From Bdellovibrionota bacterium (lineage in GTDB: Bacteria > Bdellovibrionota_C > UBA2361 > CAKMMH01): a stretch of 64,000 bases of DNA. Each line of letters begins with the position of its first letter. The stretch's first letter is position 1. Under the pieces are notes generated by a model. It had not been told where the DNA came from. It saw only the letters and a program-made list of their open reading frames with translations, and searched no databases. This document shows positions 36,834 to 46,756 of the stretch, one piece after another. The stretch covers positions 64,001 to 128,000 of the forward strand of contig JBMNLI010000010.1 in the NCBI GenBank assembly GCA_050952645.1, read 5' to 3'. The translations under genes were made by a program, and so were the position numbers.

Positions 36834-37408
36834 TAAACAATTTCCTTTAAAAACATTTTTAAATCGTTCCAAAAAGCTCTTTTTATCATTATATCTTCAT
36901 TAACTCGTGTTATATCATACGTTGACATAATTTTTAACCCATTATCGCAATAAAGTTTTTTATTTCCGTAAATAGGTAGCTTAAATTTTAATTTTTCTTC
37001 TAATAACAATTTAGCATTGTAGCCTAAACATAAAACGAACCGATATTTACTTAAATCGATATCTAAATAATTTGAAGCGCTTACACAAAAAACTAAATTA
37101 CCATCTAGCTTCATGCCGTTATTTAAAATATTTTGCCAAAGCTTACTACTTTCCTTAAATTGCTTATCTTCTATAGAGCCTAAAATAAGAATATTAGCAT
37201 CTTTATTTCCCCAAGATAAATTTCCCTTGCATAAATTTCCCCTACATAAAGTTAACGCATTATTTCTATCTTTAACTTTATCTTTATTTTTATCTTTTGT
37301 AAGTTCTATTTGTTCTTTTAAAATATTTATAGGCATTTTGTTTGGATATAGGCAACCTATATTTTCTAAAGAATTTAATATATCTAATACGCTAATCGTG
37401 TTATCCAT
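36833..37408 (-). CDS. Degenerate uracil-DNA glycosylase family-4-like protein
   Basis: Scaffold GNKDANILILG, VLCLG, IMSTY...KRAFWNDL without the catalytic motifs. Confidence 0.55.
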   Translation of the reverse strand: MDNTISVLDILNSLENIGCLYPNKMPINILKEQIELTKDKNKDKVKDRNNALTLCRGNLCKGNLSWGNKDANILILGSIEDKQFKESSKLWQNILNNGMKLDGNLVFCVSASNYLDIDLSKYRFVLCLGYNAKLLLEEKLKFKLPIYGNKKLYCDNGLKIMSTYDITRVNEDIMIKRAFWNDLKMFLKEIV

Positions 37409-37428
37409 AAAAAAATCAGTCTAAAAAT

Positions 37429-38070
37429 CTAGTTAAAAAAACTGTTAAACTTTTTTTCATATCCTATGGTCGTATTTTCTCCATGTCCTGGGTATACAAC
37501 GGTGTCTTCAGGAAGTGTGAACAGTCTTTCTTTTATACTTTTAATAATAGTTTTAAAATCACCACCTATAAAATCAGTTCTTCCGATGCTTCCTGCAAAC
37601 AGCGTATCACCTGAAAGAAGTATTTTATTATTTTTATTATACAAAGAGACGCTCCCAGGGGAATGTCCTGGGGTAAAAAGAACGATAAACTTTTCTTCTC
37701 CTAAATATATCTCTTGATTATCTTCAAAATAAATATCAGGCTCGGGAGCGTTTTTACAAGTCTCATCTAACACTCCTACCGCTTTCATCATCTCTTGCAC
37801 ATTTTCTCTAAGTTTCTTTTCTAATTTATGCCCATAAAGTGGCACACTTTTAAAATGTTCCTTTAAAAAGCATACTCCCCCACAGTGATCAAAATGAGAA
37901 TGAGTTAAAACTATGCTTTTTAATTTAAGCCCATTTTCTTTTAAAAAAGAAATAACCCTATTATCACTGCCCCCAGGATCTACAATCACAGCCTCTTTAG
38001 TAGACTCATCCCACAAAATTCTTGCATGCTGACTTATGCACGTTACGTCTATATTTTTAATATTTATCAT
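37429..38070 (-). CDS. MBL-fold hydrolase (glyoxalase II/YcbL-like)
   Basis: Motifs THSHFDH, TPGHSPG, SGDTLF and PGHG. Confidence 0.93.
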   Translation of the reverse strand: MINIKNIDVTCISQHARILWDESTKEAVIVDPGGSDNRVISFLKENGLKLKSIVLTHSHFDHCGGVCFLKEHFKSVPLYGHKLEKKLRENVQEMMKAVGVLDETCKNAPEPDIYFEDNQEIYLGEEKFIVLFTPGHSPGSVSLYNKNNKILLSGDTLFAGSIGRTDFIGGDFKTIIKSIKERLFTLPEDTVVYPGHGENTTIGYEKKFNSFFN

Positions 38071-38182
38071 TTATTTAATTTTTATTTAATTTTAGCCGAC
38101 TATATATCTTATTATAAAATATATATAAAAAACACTCTTTTAGGATAGCTTAAAATTATAAAATTTACTAGTATTAGTTATT

Positions 38183-38677
38183 ATGAATGACTTAAAAATT
38201 CAAACTAAACAAACTAAAATAGAAAATTCAAGAAAGAATATTTTAGATAGAAACTTATCAGAAAAAGTAGCGAAAAAAGTAAGAAACAAAGCTAAAACGA
38301 TTGCCAGTAAGCAAAAAACTACATTAAATACCACGTTGAAAAATGAACCATTAACAAGAGATCAAAATAAAAACATAGAAAAAATTAGAATTAAAAAGAT
38401 TGCCAAAGAAGCTAATAGGGTTAAAAAAATTGAAAAAGTTGATGAAAGGCTAGAGGGGTTAGATAGGCTACAAGAAGAAATGAAACTTAGCTTTCACAAT
38501 CTTATAAAAAAAATCATCGATAAAATTATAGAAATGTTTTCAAACTTTTTTAAAAAATTTCTTCCTGAGTTTTTTCTTAAATATCAAAATAGTAAAAAAG
38601 CAAAAAAAGCCCAAAGAGAAAGAAAAGAGTTTAATAAGAAACTTCAAAAACGCCAATTAACTATAAAGAGAAAGTGA
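38183..38677 (+). CDS. Hypothetical basic helical protein
   Basis: 164-aa Lys/Arg-rich ORF filling the gap; no recognisable motif. Confidence 0.55.
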   Translation: MNDLKIQTKQTKIENSRKNILDRNLSEKVAKKVRNKAKTIASKQKTTLNTTLKNEPLTRDQNKNIEKIRIKKIAKEANRVKKIEKVDERLEGLDRLQEEMKLSFHNLIKKIIDKIIEMFSNFFKKFLPEFFLKYQNSKKAKKAQRERKEFNKKLQKRQLTIKRK

Positions 38678-38768
38678 TAAAAAATTAACTCTCTAAATTA
38701 CTCTCTCTCTTTTTCCATCTTTATTTCTTATCTTCATTTCTTATCTTCGAGCTAACCTTCAAGCTAAC

Positions 38769-39986
38769 TTAAAAATTCTCACAAAACCAATTTCCTATTT
38801 GCTTAAATATTTTTAAAGCTCCCGATGTTTGATTAGTAGGGTTAAGCAAATCACTATATCCCGAATTAACAGCCTTTAAAACTCCACTAACCGTAGCATA
38901 CTGAGGGTCTTTTATTAAATCTGCAAGTCCACTAGTTTCTCTTACTTTAGCAACTCTTGTAGGAGCCTCAAAAACCTCCTCTGCAAACTGCTCGATACCC
39001 CTTAAGTTTGCAGTTCCCCCACAAAGAACGACGCTCGATATCGGAAAATCGCATCTGCTTTCAATCCTAGTTTTTACATTATTAAAAATATCTTTTACTT
39101 TTCCTTCTATCATTTCAGAAACTATTCTAGCAGATACCTCAGTGCGTCCTGCTCCTCCTGCACCTATGTTTATATCTATAGTTTTTTTTGAGAAACTTCC
39201 CGTATTTAAAGAATATGATTTCTTTATATTTTCTGCGACAGCTATGGGCACTTTTAGATTTGTAGCTAAAAAAGAAGTGATATCGTTTCCTGCCATTGGC
39301 AAAACATCGATATGTCTAACAAAGCCATCTTTGTAAACGATCATATCTGTAATGCCAGCTCCTATATCTAATAAAAGCACGCCTAACTCTTTTTCATCAT
39401 CTCCTAAAACTGAAACGGCCGATGCAACGGGCGACACTATTAAACCCTTAACTTGAGAACCAGACTTGTTCATACACTTAGTTACATTACTTCCATTTGT
39501 TGCACCTATAGTTATTAAGTATACCTTTGCTTCTAATCTTACACCTGAAATCCCGATAGGATCTTTAATTCCACCTATATTATCTACGATGTATTCTTGA
39601 GGTAGTGAATGTATTAAATCTCTGCCTAAATCGAGTTTTATCGCCTTACAACTTTCTAGCACACTATCAACATCACGCTTATCAATCTCACTTCCCCTTA
39701 CAGCGACCGTCCAGCTATTAGACATCCCTTGAATATGCGTTCCAGATATGCAGCCATAAACCCTTTCTACATGCACTCCTGCCATCTCTTCAGCATCAGA
39801 AAGTGCTTGCGTCACGGACTTAACCGCATCACCTATATTTATAACTACACCTTTTTTTATACTTTTAGAGGGGCTACAGCCTACACCAATTATCTGCAAA
39901 TCATCTTCAGACTGCGAAATTCCTACCACTACTTTTACCTCATACGAGCCAACATCTACTGCCACTAAAATCTTTTCTTTTGCCAT
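38769..39986 (-). CDS. ftsA: Cell division protein FtsA
   Basis: Motifs VDVGS, PQEYIVD, ELGVLLLDIGAG and VVLCGG. Confidence 0.95.
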   Translation of the reverse strand: MAKEKILVAVDVGSYEVKVVVGISQSEDDLQIIGVGCSPSKSIKKGVVINIGDAVKSVTQALSDAEEMAGVHVERVYGCISGTHIQGMSNSWTVAVRGSEIDKRDVDSVLESCKAIKLDLGRDLIHSLPQEYIVDNIGGIKDPIGISGVRLEAKVYLITIGATNGSNVTKCMNKSGSQVKGLIVSPVASAVSVLGDDEKELGVLLLDIGAGITDMIVYKDGFVRHIDVLPMAGNDITSFLATNLKVPIAVAENIKKSYSLNTGSFSKKTIDINIGAGGAGRTEVSARIVSEMIEGKVKDIFNNVKTRIESRCDFPISSVVLCGGTANLRGIEQFAEEVFEAPTRVAKVRETSGLADLIKDPQYATVSGVLKAVNSGYSDLLNPTNQTSGALKIFKQIGNWFCENF

Positions 39987-40117
39987 TTACAACTCCAAAT
40001 TACATCAAGACAAGGGATTGCACTATTTTTAGAAGCACTATTATTAGTACATTTTGCAACGAAACTTATACTTGTATAATAAACACGTGTTATAATTTCT
40101 GCAATAGCAATCTTTTA

Positions 40118-40518
40118 GGTTCTTCACGTTTTAGGTGGGTTAGCTTAAAAGAAAATTGGCTTTTATAGAAAACTATCTATAGTTTAATGAAAAATTACAA
40201 CTATATTTAAAGTAATTTATTTTATGCAAATTTCTTTAAAGTCAATTTTCTTTTGGGCTTCGTGGGGTGAGTGATGATGCTAATTTTTTGGTCTAAAACC
40301 TACCTTAAAACATGAAGAACAAAAATTGTTTTAGGTGGGTTAGCTTAAAAGAAAATTGGCTTTTATAGAAAACTATCTATAGTTTAATGAAAAATTACAA
40401 CTATATTTAAAGTAATTTATTTTATGCAAATTTCTTTAAAGTCAATTTCTTTTGGGCTTCGTGGGGAGTGATGATGCTAATTTTTTGGTCTAAAACCTAC
40501 CTTAAAACGTGAAGAACA
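40118..40518. mobile_element. MITE family tandem dimer (copies B and C)
   Basis: Two near-identical ~190-200-bp units (40118-40320 and 40328-40518) with outer TIRs and an 8-bp TSD ATCTTTTA (40110-40117 and 40519-40526). Confidence 0.9.
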
Positions 40519-40610
40519 ATCTTTTACAATCTACTTTACAAACTACGTATAAAAAGGTATTTCTAGATAAAAAATCCTACAAAAAAATGAAACTTTACTT
40601 TTTTAAAAAA

Positions 40611-41411
40611 CTATTCCTTACCCTTTTGATTAAATTTTATTACGCCTACCTTACTATATCCTAAATCGAGTTTTTCGACATTATTTATATTTGAGCCTAG
40701 CTCCTTTATTAACGCATTTAATCGCTCTAGTTGGACATCAACCCAAGCATCATTCTTAGAAAGGTCGAGAACCACTTGAGGCTTTAACTCAAAAAAGCTT
40801 ATATTTATTTCACCAGACGTTGAAAACACGATTGACCTAACTGTATAAAAAGTGCTTTTAGAGATTTTCTTTAGAAAGTTTGCCATATATATATATCTAG
40901 AGTTTAACGTTTGAGAACTATCAAACTTATCATCAAGCCCTACTATAACGGGTAAAGAATAAAAAAACTCTCTATTATCTAAAAAAACTTTATTATTATT
41001 TATATTATCATTATTTATGTTGCCATTATTTATATAAGTGAGCATCTTGCCATCTTTAGAAATTATTTGCGTTCCACCACTCTTTAATTTAACTAAATAA
41101 AAAGGCTCTTCTTCTTTAATAACGATATTTAATCTATAAAACTGCTTTAACGAGTCTGGGTAAATGCTCACCTCTTTTACAAAAGGAAGCTTTTCTATCT
41201 TAGTTTCAATTTTCGATTTATTTAAATACCAATAAAAAACATCAGTCTTTATCTTAAATTGTTTAAATATTTTATTAGTACTCGTAAACTTATTTCCATC
41301 TAGTTTTACGGAAACTACGATTTTATTTTTTAAATAAAAAAATAAAAAAATTAAACTATTAACTAATAATATTAAAAATAAAATTGCTATAACTTTATAT
41401 ACTTTTCTCAT
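40611..41411 (-). CDS. ftsQ: Cell division protein FtsQ/DivIB-like
   Basis: Single N-terminal TM, a POTRA-like region (LPFVKEVSI..LNIVIKEEEP) and a C-terminal LDLGY; between murB and ftsA. Confidence 0.75.
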   Translation of the reverse strand: MRKVYKVIAILFLILLVNSLIFLFFYLKNKIVVSVKLDGNKFTSTNKIFKQFKIKTDVFYWYLNKSKIETKIEKLPFVKEVSIYPDSLKQFYRLNIVIKEEEPFYLVKLKSGGTQIISKDGKMLTYINNGNINNDNINNNKVFLDNREFFYSLPVIVGLDDKFDSSQTLNSRYIYMANFLKKISKSTFYTVRSIVFSTSGEINISFFELKPQVVLDLSKNDAWVDVQLERLNALIKELGSNINNVEKLDLGYSKVGVIKFNQKGKE

Positions 41412-41443
41412 TATAAAAATAACCTTTTTAAAATTATCTAAAA

Positions 41444-42340
41444 TTAAAGCAAAACTAGCTCCGTTTCTAACTCGACATTAAATTCTTTAAAAACTTTTTC
41501 CTTGATTATATCTATTAGCTTTCTAACATCGCTACTTGTTGCCTTAAGGTTTGTGTTGATTATCCAATTAGCGTGAAGCGTAGAAACTTGCGCCCCTCCT
41601 ACTGCCCTTCCTTTTAACCCCGCTTTGTCTATTAACATACCTGCTGGCATATCTGTTTTGGGATTTTTAAAAATACAACCAGCAGATGCCCCTTTAGGTT
41701 GCGTTCTTAGCCTAAAATCTTTATTTTCATCTATTTTATCTTGGATTTCGTTTTTAGGCTTATTAAAAAGATTAAATGTTGCACCGACTATTATGGAATT
41801 TTTAGGAATTTCTATTTGCTTTTCCACTATTGTTAAATTTTCCTTATGCATAGTTTGGTACTCACCATTTTCTAAACACACATCAACACTTTCTAAAATA
41901 TCTGAAACTTTCTGTCCTCTAAAGCTAGCATTCATAAAAATAGTTCCTCCAAGCTTCGCTGGAAGATTACACCCGAACTCGAAGCCTGAAAGTGCTTCTT
42001 TTTGAAAAACGCTAGAGAGCGTCGGCATTAGAGAGGAAGCACCTATATAAAATTTATTATCTGAAATTTTTTCTATATTAGAAAAATTTTCACTTAGATT
42101 TATAATTACTTTTTTTATATCTTCATCTCGGAAAAGCACATTTGAGCAATTCCCTAAGGCGATATACTCGATATTTTCTTTATAAAACGCGGCTAATAGC
42201 TTAGAAAGACTCTCTTTATTTTCAATATAAATTAAATTTTTTAAATTGCCACCAATCCTAAAAGTGCTTATATGAGCGCCTGTTTTTCCTTCAACTTTTA
42301 AAATATTTAAATCTTTTAATATCGATACTATCTCTAACAC
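41444..42340 (-). CDS. murB: UDP-N-acetylmuramate dehydrogenase
   Basis: Motifs TFRIGG, GGTIFMNA, SAGCIFKNP, HANWIIN and LETE. Confidence 0.95.
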   Translation of the reverse strand: MLEIVSILKDLNILKVEGKTGAHISTFRIGGNLKNLIYIENKESLSKLLAAFYKENIEYIALGNCSNVLFRDEDIKKVIINLSENFSNIEKISDNKFYIGASSLMPTLSSVFQKEALSGFEFGCNLPAKLGGTIFMNASFRGQKVSDILESVDVCLENGEYQTMHKENLTIVEKQIEIPKNSIIVGATFNLFNKPKNEIQDKIDENKDFRLRTQPKGASAGCIFKNPKTDMPAGMLIDKAGLKGRAVGGAQVSTLHANWIINTNLKATSSDVRKLIDIIKEKVFKEFNVELETELVLL

Positions 42341-42449
42341 CGTGCATCCCCTATATCTTTGTCTTACAAAAACTTAATATCTTTTTAATTATTGCATTAT
42401 AATATATTTTTTGCCACAATGATTTCTATAAAAATTTCTATAAAAAATT

Positions 42450-43145
42450 ATGAATAATATACATATAGGTAAAAACATAAAATACGACTATAAGCCATTT
42501 ATAGGTTCGAGCCACACTTGGGCTATGAACAACATAAAAAAGGAAAACAAGGATATTTCCATTCTAGATATTGGCTCATCGATAGGTATGATGGGAAGCA
42601 TTCTGCGAGAAAATGGCTTTAAAAACCTTGATGCAGTAGAGGTAGACAATAAAGCAAGAAAGATTGCTAGCAAATATTATAACAATACTTATAAATCTAT
42701 AGATGATGCTACGAAAACTTATGATATCGTCTTGCTTTTAGATGTTTTAGAACACACGGTAGATAACGATAAATTTTTTAAGCAAGTCGTTAGTCTATTA
42801 AATAAAAACGGCACGTTGTTATTATCGGTTCCTAATATTGCGCATTGGTACCCTAGATTTTCGCTTCTTTTTGGGAATTTTGATTATAAAGAAAAGGGCA
42901 TTTTAGATAACACTCATCTTCGTTTTTATACAAGAAAAACTATAATAAACTTTGTCTTAGCACACGATAATTTAAGCATTAAAAGTGTTGCTGTTTCTAC
43001 CTCTTCAATGGAAATGTTTTTAAGTAAAAAAATAGTAGAGTCTTTCCTCTATAGAGTTTTTGCTAAATTAAAGCTAGCTATCGCAAATTTATTTCCTAGG
43101 CTTTTAGGATATCAACATTTATTAGTTATAAAAAAAGAAAGATAA
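42450..43145 (+). CDS. Class I SAM-dependent methyltransferase
   Basis: Motifs ILDIGSSIG, DVLEH, SVPNIAHW and GILDNTHLRFYT. Confidence 0.9.
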   Translation: MNNIHIGKNIKYDYKPFIGSSHTWAMNNIKKENKDISILDIGSSIGMMGSILRENGFKNLDAVEVDNKARKIASKYYNNTYKSIDDATKTYDIVLLLDVLEHTVDNDKFFKQVVSLLNKNGTLLLSVPNIAHWYPRFSLLFGNFDYKEKGILDNTHLRFYTRKTIINFVLAHDNLSIKSVAVSTSSMEMFLSKKIVESFLYRVFAKLKLAIANLFPRLLGYQHLLVIKKER

Positions 43146-43150
43146 AAAAT

Positions 43151-43423
43151 ATGTTTGGTATTAGCTTTTTAGAACTTATCGTTATATTTATAGTAGCATT
43201 TTTAGTTTTAGGACCCGATAAATTGCAAGAGTTTGCTAAGTCTCTAGGGAATTTTATCTCTAATATAAATAATTTTTCTTCGAATGTAAAAGATGAAATA
43301 AACGTATCATTAAATCCAAACTTAAATAACTTAAATAAAAAAGATAAGGAAACGAATGATTTTAAGAAAATCAATAAAAGCGATATAGATGTAAGCGATA
43401 TAAAAGAAAATAAAAAAGAATAA
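43151..43423 (+). CDS. tatB: Twin-arginine translocase TatB/TatA family
   Basis: MFGISFLELIVIFIVAFLVLGPDKL; precedes tatC. Confidence 0.85.
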   Translation: MFGISFLELIVIFIVAFLVLGPDKLQEFAKSLGNFISNINNFSSNVKDEINVSLNPNLNNLNKKDKETNDFKKINKSDIDVSDIKENKKE

Positions 43424-43429
43424 AAAACT

Positions 43430-44152
43430 ATGGAAAATAAAAGCAAGCAAGACCAAAATTTTTATTCGCATTTAAAGGAGCTTAGAAAGAGAGCTTTTAT
43501 ATCGCTTAGCTTTATTGTCCTATTTGCGATTATTATATACGCCTTTTCTCCAGACATTATCAAACTTATCGATAAGCAATTTAAAAGTTATTTTCTAGAC
43601 ACGGATTTAATTGGCAAAAGCCCTATCGATGCTTTTTTAGTAAGATTAAAAATTTCTGCATTCTTAGGCTTTTTACTTTCTCTTCCTATAATTTTATTTG
43701 AAATATGGGAATTTATAAAACCAGGATTAATGAAGAAAGAAAAAAAATATTTTTTCTTATTTTTAACTATTGGAAGCTTTCTAGGAATAGGGGGCGCTCT
43801 TTTTTGTCATTTTTTAATAGTTCCTATCGCACTTAAATTTTTTTATAGTCAGTATAAACTACTTTCTTTAAAACCGATTATCCACTTTAACGATTATATC
43901 ACACTTATCATAAAGTTTGATGCTACTTTTGCTCTGATTTTCGAGCTTCCAATTATTCTAGTAATTTTAGCAAAATTAGATTTAGTAGATAGTACATTTT
44001 TAAAAAAATATTCTCGTCATGCAATACTAGTTATTTTTACACTAGCTGCTATTTTAACTCCGCCAGATGTGATAACTCAATTGCTAATGGCCATTCCGCT
44101 AGTAGTTTTATATTTTTTAAGCATCTACTTAGTTAAGATTTTAGTAAAGTAG
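43430..44152 (+). CDS. tatC: Twin-arginine translocase TatC
   Basis: Motifs HLKELRKR, FIKPGL, FELP and AAILTPPDVITQ. Confidence 0.96.
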   Translation: MENKSKQDQNFYSHLKELRKRAFISLSFIVLFAIIIYAFSPDIIKLIDKQFKSYFLDTDLIGKSPIDAFLVRLKISAFLGFLLSLPIILFEIWEFIKPGLMKKEKKYFFLFLTIGSFLGIGGALFCHFLIVPIALKFFYSQYKLLSLKPIIHFNDYITLIIKFDATFALIFELPIILVILAKLDLVDSTFLKKYSRHAILVIFTLAAILTPPDVITQLLMAIPLVVLYFLSIYLVKILVK

Positions 44153-44166
44153 TGAGCTTTGCCTTA

Positions 44167-44197
44167 CCTTAAATTAACATCTTAATTGACATTTAAG
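44167..44197 (+). repeat. 31-bp direct repeat, left copy (right copy at 48582-48612)
   Basis: CCTTAAATTAACATCTTAATTGACATTTAAG is identical on both sides of the nested element. Confidence 0.92.
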
Positions 44198-44217
44198 TCT
44201 TCACATTTTAAGTTAGC

Positions 44218-44629
44218 ATTATATCTCACGCCACGGAGCCTAAAAGAAAATCTCCGCAACCTAAAAAGCTAGCTCCAATTTTCTTTTAAGCTAACAAAAA
44301 ACAATTCATTAACATGATATATCTCACACCACGGAGCCTAAAAGAAAATCTCCGCAAACTAAAAAGCTAGCTCCAATTTTCTTTTAAGCTAACAAAAAAC
44401 AATTCATTAACATTATATATCTCACACCACGGAGCCTAAAAGAAAATCTCCGCAACCTAAAGAGCTAGCTCCAATTTTCTTTTAAGCTAACAAAAAACAA
44501 TTCATTAACATTATATATCTCACACCACGAAGCCTAAAAGAAAATCTCCGCAACCTAAAAAGCTAGCTCCAATTTTCTTTTAAGCTAACAAAAAACAATT
44601 CATTAACATGATATATCTCACACCACGGA
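44218..44629 (+). repeat. 98-bp tandem array, left part (4 units plus the start of the 5th)
   Basis: CCACG(G/A)AG anchors at 44231, 44329, 44427 and 44525, with the interrupted unit at 44623; units differ by only 1-2 substitutions. Confidence 0.95.
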
Positions 44630-45006
44630 ATAGGGTAGAGCGAGGGCTATACCCTCTCCCTCCCGTCTCACCGTACGTACGGGTCTCGTATACGGCGCTC
44701 CATTAATATAATATCAAGTAATACTCAGGTAATACGTCAAAGGGTCGATTAAACCAATTCGTTCCTTTGTTTTACGCCCCAATATTTTAGGGCTTAATGC
44801 ATAATTCACTACGTACCACGAACTGCGTCTATACCAGCCGAGTCTGCTGTTAGCAACCTTATAGATTTCTTCATTTCTAAAATTGCAACCAAGCATTCGG
44901 TTCAATTTCTTAAGATTTAGATCCTTAACTTTTCAAAAAAGTTCACCTAAACAAATAATCAATTAAAATAAATAAGAAATAATCGTTAAATTATGCATTT
45001 TTTTAC

Positions 45007-45035
45007 TTGCATCTGTGTATTTACTATGCTATACT
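45007..45035 (+). promoter_or_regulatory. Sigma70-type transposase promoter
   Basis: TTGCAT-17 bp-TATACT with an extended TG; AAGGAGG RBS before the ATG at 45068. Confidence 0.6.
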
Positions 45036-45067
45036 TTTAGTGCAACCGTTAACCTAAAGGAGGTTTT

Positions 45068-46756
45068 ATGAATTACAATCGAACAGTTCCATTACCAGAG
45101 CAAAGAAATAAAATAATTATAAGAGAAAAAGGGGAAGCAAAATATGTGCTTTTTGAATACGATCGCACTTATAATAAAGAGAAACAGTATACTAATCCAA
45201 AGCGTAGCGTTATTGGAAAATTAGTTGATGGTAGAGATGATATTATGTACCCTAATGACAATTATAGTAATTATTTTCCAGATGCCCCTATGCCCGAGAA
45301 ATTTTCAGACGCTTCACGCAGTTGTTGTCTTCGTATAGGTCCCCACTTGGTGATTGAAAAAGTAGCAAATGAATTTAATTTGCCTTTTTTACTAAAAAAA
45401 CATTTTGGTGAACGTAGTGAACTTATACTTGATTTAGCGAGTTATTTTATTGTAAATGAAGAGAATGTCAGTCAGTATTATCCAGACTACGCCTTTTCTC
45501 ATCCACTCTTTACAAAAGGTATGCGCATCTATAGTGATTCTACCATAAGTCGTTTTCTTTCTTCTGTTAGCAAAGAGCAGATAATTAACTTTCTTGACGA
45601 TTGGAACAAGGGAAAAGATCGCAATCAAATGGTTTACGTTTCATATGATTCGACTAATAAGAACTGTCAAGCAGGTGATGTTGAATTAGTAGAGTTTGGT
45701 AAAGCGAAAGACGAAAAAGGATTCCCAGTATTTAATTTATCCATTGCCTTTGATCAAACGAATAGAGTTCCGTTATTTTACGAAGAGTATCCTGGTTCTA
45801 TTACAGACGTTTCTCAATTTACTCATATGGCAGATAAGGTTATAGAGTATGGATATAAAAAGATAGGATTTATTTTAGACCGTGGTTATTTTAGTAAATA
45901 TAATATTCAATATATGGATAATAGTGGTTTTTCTTTTTTATTGATGGTAAAAGGGTGTAAGGCTTTAGTTTCTAAATTAGTAGAAGAAAACAGGAATACA
46001 TTTGAGTCTAAAAGAGACTGTAGTATTCGCTTATACAAGGTATATGGCACTACAGTGAAATCAAAATTATATGATGATGATAGTAAGGAGCGTTATTTTC
46101 ATGTTTATTTTAGTGCGGAAAAGCAAGCATTTGAGAGGGAGCAACTAGAAATTAAATTAGAGGAGTTTGAACAATTTTTAAAAAACCATATTGGCAAAGA
46201 TACAAAGTTTGGACAAACGTATAAGCAATTTTTTGATTTAAGTTATGACAATCAAGGAAAGTTAAGAAAAGTAGAAGAGAGAGCAGATGAAATTCAAAAG
46301 GCTCTTAATTTATGTGGGTATTTTTGTCTTGTTAGTTCGGAAGAAATGAGTGCTAAAGAAGCTATAATACTTTACAAGGGTAGAGACGCAACTGAGAAAC
46401 TTTTTGCTATTGATAAGACTTTTTTAGGCTCAAAAAGTATGAGAGTTCATTCATCTCAGGCAGTATCTGCTAAAATTTTTATAGAGTTTATAGCACTTAT
46501 AATTCGCAATCGCATTTATATTCTACTTAATGAAGAACTTTCTAAGCTAACAAAAAAGCCAAACTATATGAATGTTCCTGCCGCATTAAAAGAACTTGAA
46601 AAAATTGAAATGGTAAGAGGGAGTAAGGATTTATATCAGCTGAGCTATGCAGTAAGCAAAAGACAAAAAACTATATTAAATGCGTTTGATATAGATGCTG
46701 ATAAGGTAAGATTAAAAGCTGCTCAAATAAATAAAAAATTACAAAAAAAATTTTAG
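45068..46756 (+). CDS. DDE transposase (IS1634/IS4 superfamily)
   Basis: YDST, ILDRGYFS and YKGRDATEKLF (YREK motif); intact 562 aa. Confidence 0.92.
   Translation: MNYNRTVPLPEQRNKIIIREKGEAKYVLFEYDRTYNKEKQYTNPKRSVIGKLVDGRDDIMYPNDNYSNYFPDAPMPEKFSDASRSCCLRIGPHLVIEKVANEFNLPFLLKKHFGERSELILDLASYFIVNEENVSQYYPDYAFSHPLFTKGMRIYSDSTISRFLSSVSKEQIINFLDDWNKGKDRNQMVYVSYDSTNKNCQAGDVELVEFGKAKDEKGFPVFNLSIAFDQTNRVPLFYEEYPGSITDVSQFTHMADKVIEYGYKKIGFILDRGYFSKYNIQYMDNSGFSFLLMVKGCKALVSKLVEENRNTFESKRDCSIRLYKVYGTTVKSKLYDDDSKERYFHVYFSAEKQAFEREQLEIKLEEFEQFLKNHIGKDTKFGQTYKQFFDLSYDNQGKLRKVEERADEIQKALNLCGYFCLVSSEEMSAKEAIILYKGRDATEKLFAIDKTFLGSKSMRVHSSQAVSAKIFIEFIALIIRNRIYILLNEELSKLTKKPNYMNVPAALKELEKIEMVRGSKDLYQLSYAVSKRQKTILNAFDIDADKVRLKAAQINKKLQKKF

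Noticed and set aside
44218..44629. Integron attC cassette array
   Set aside because: There are no cassette ORFs between units, no convincing RYYYAAC/GTTRRRY box pairs, and no integron integrase.
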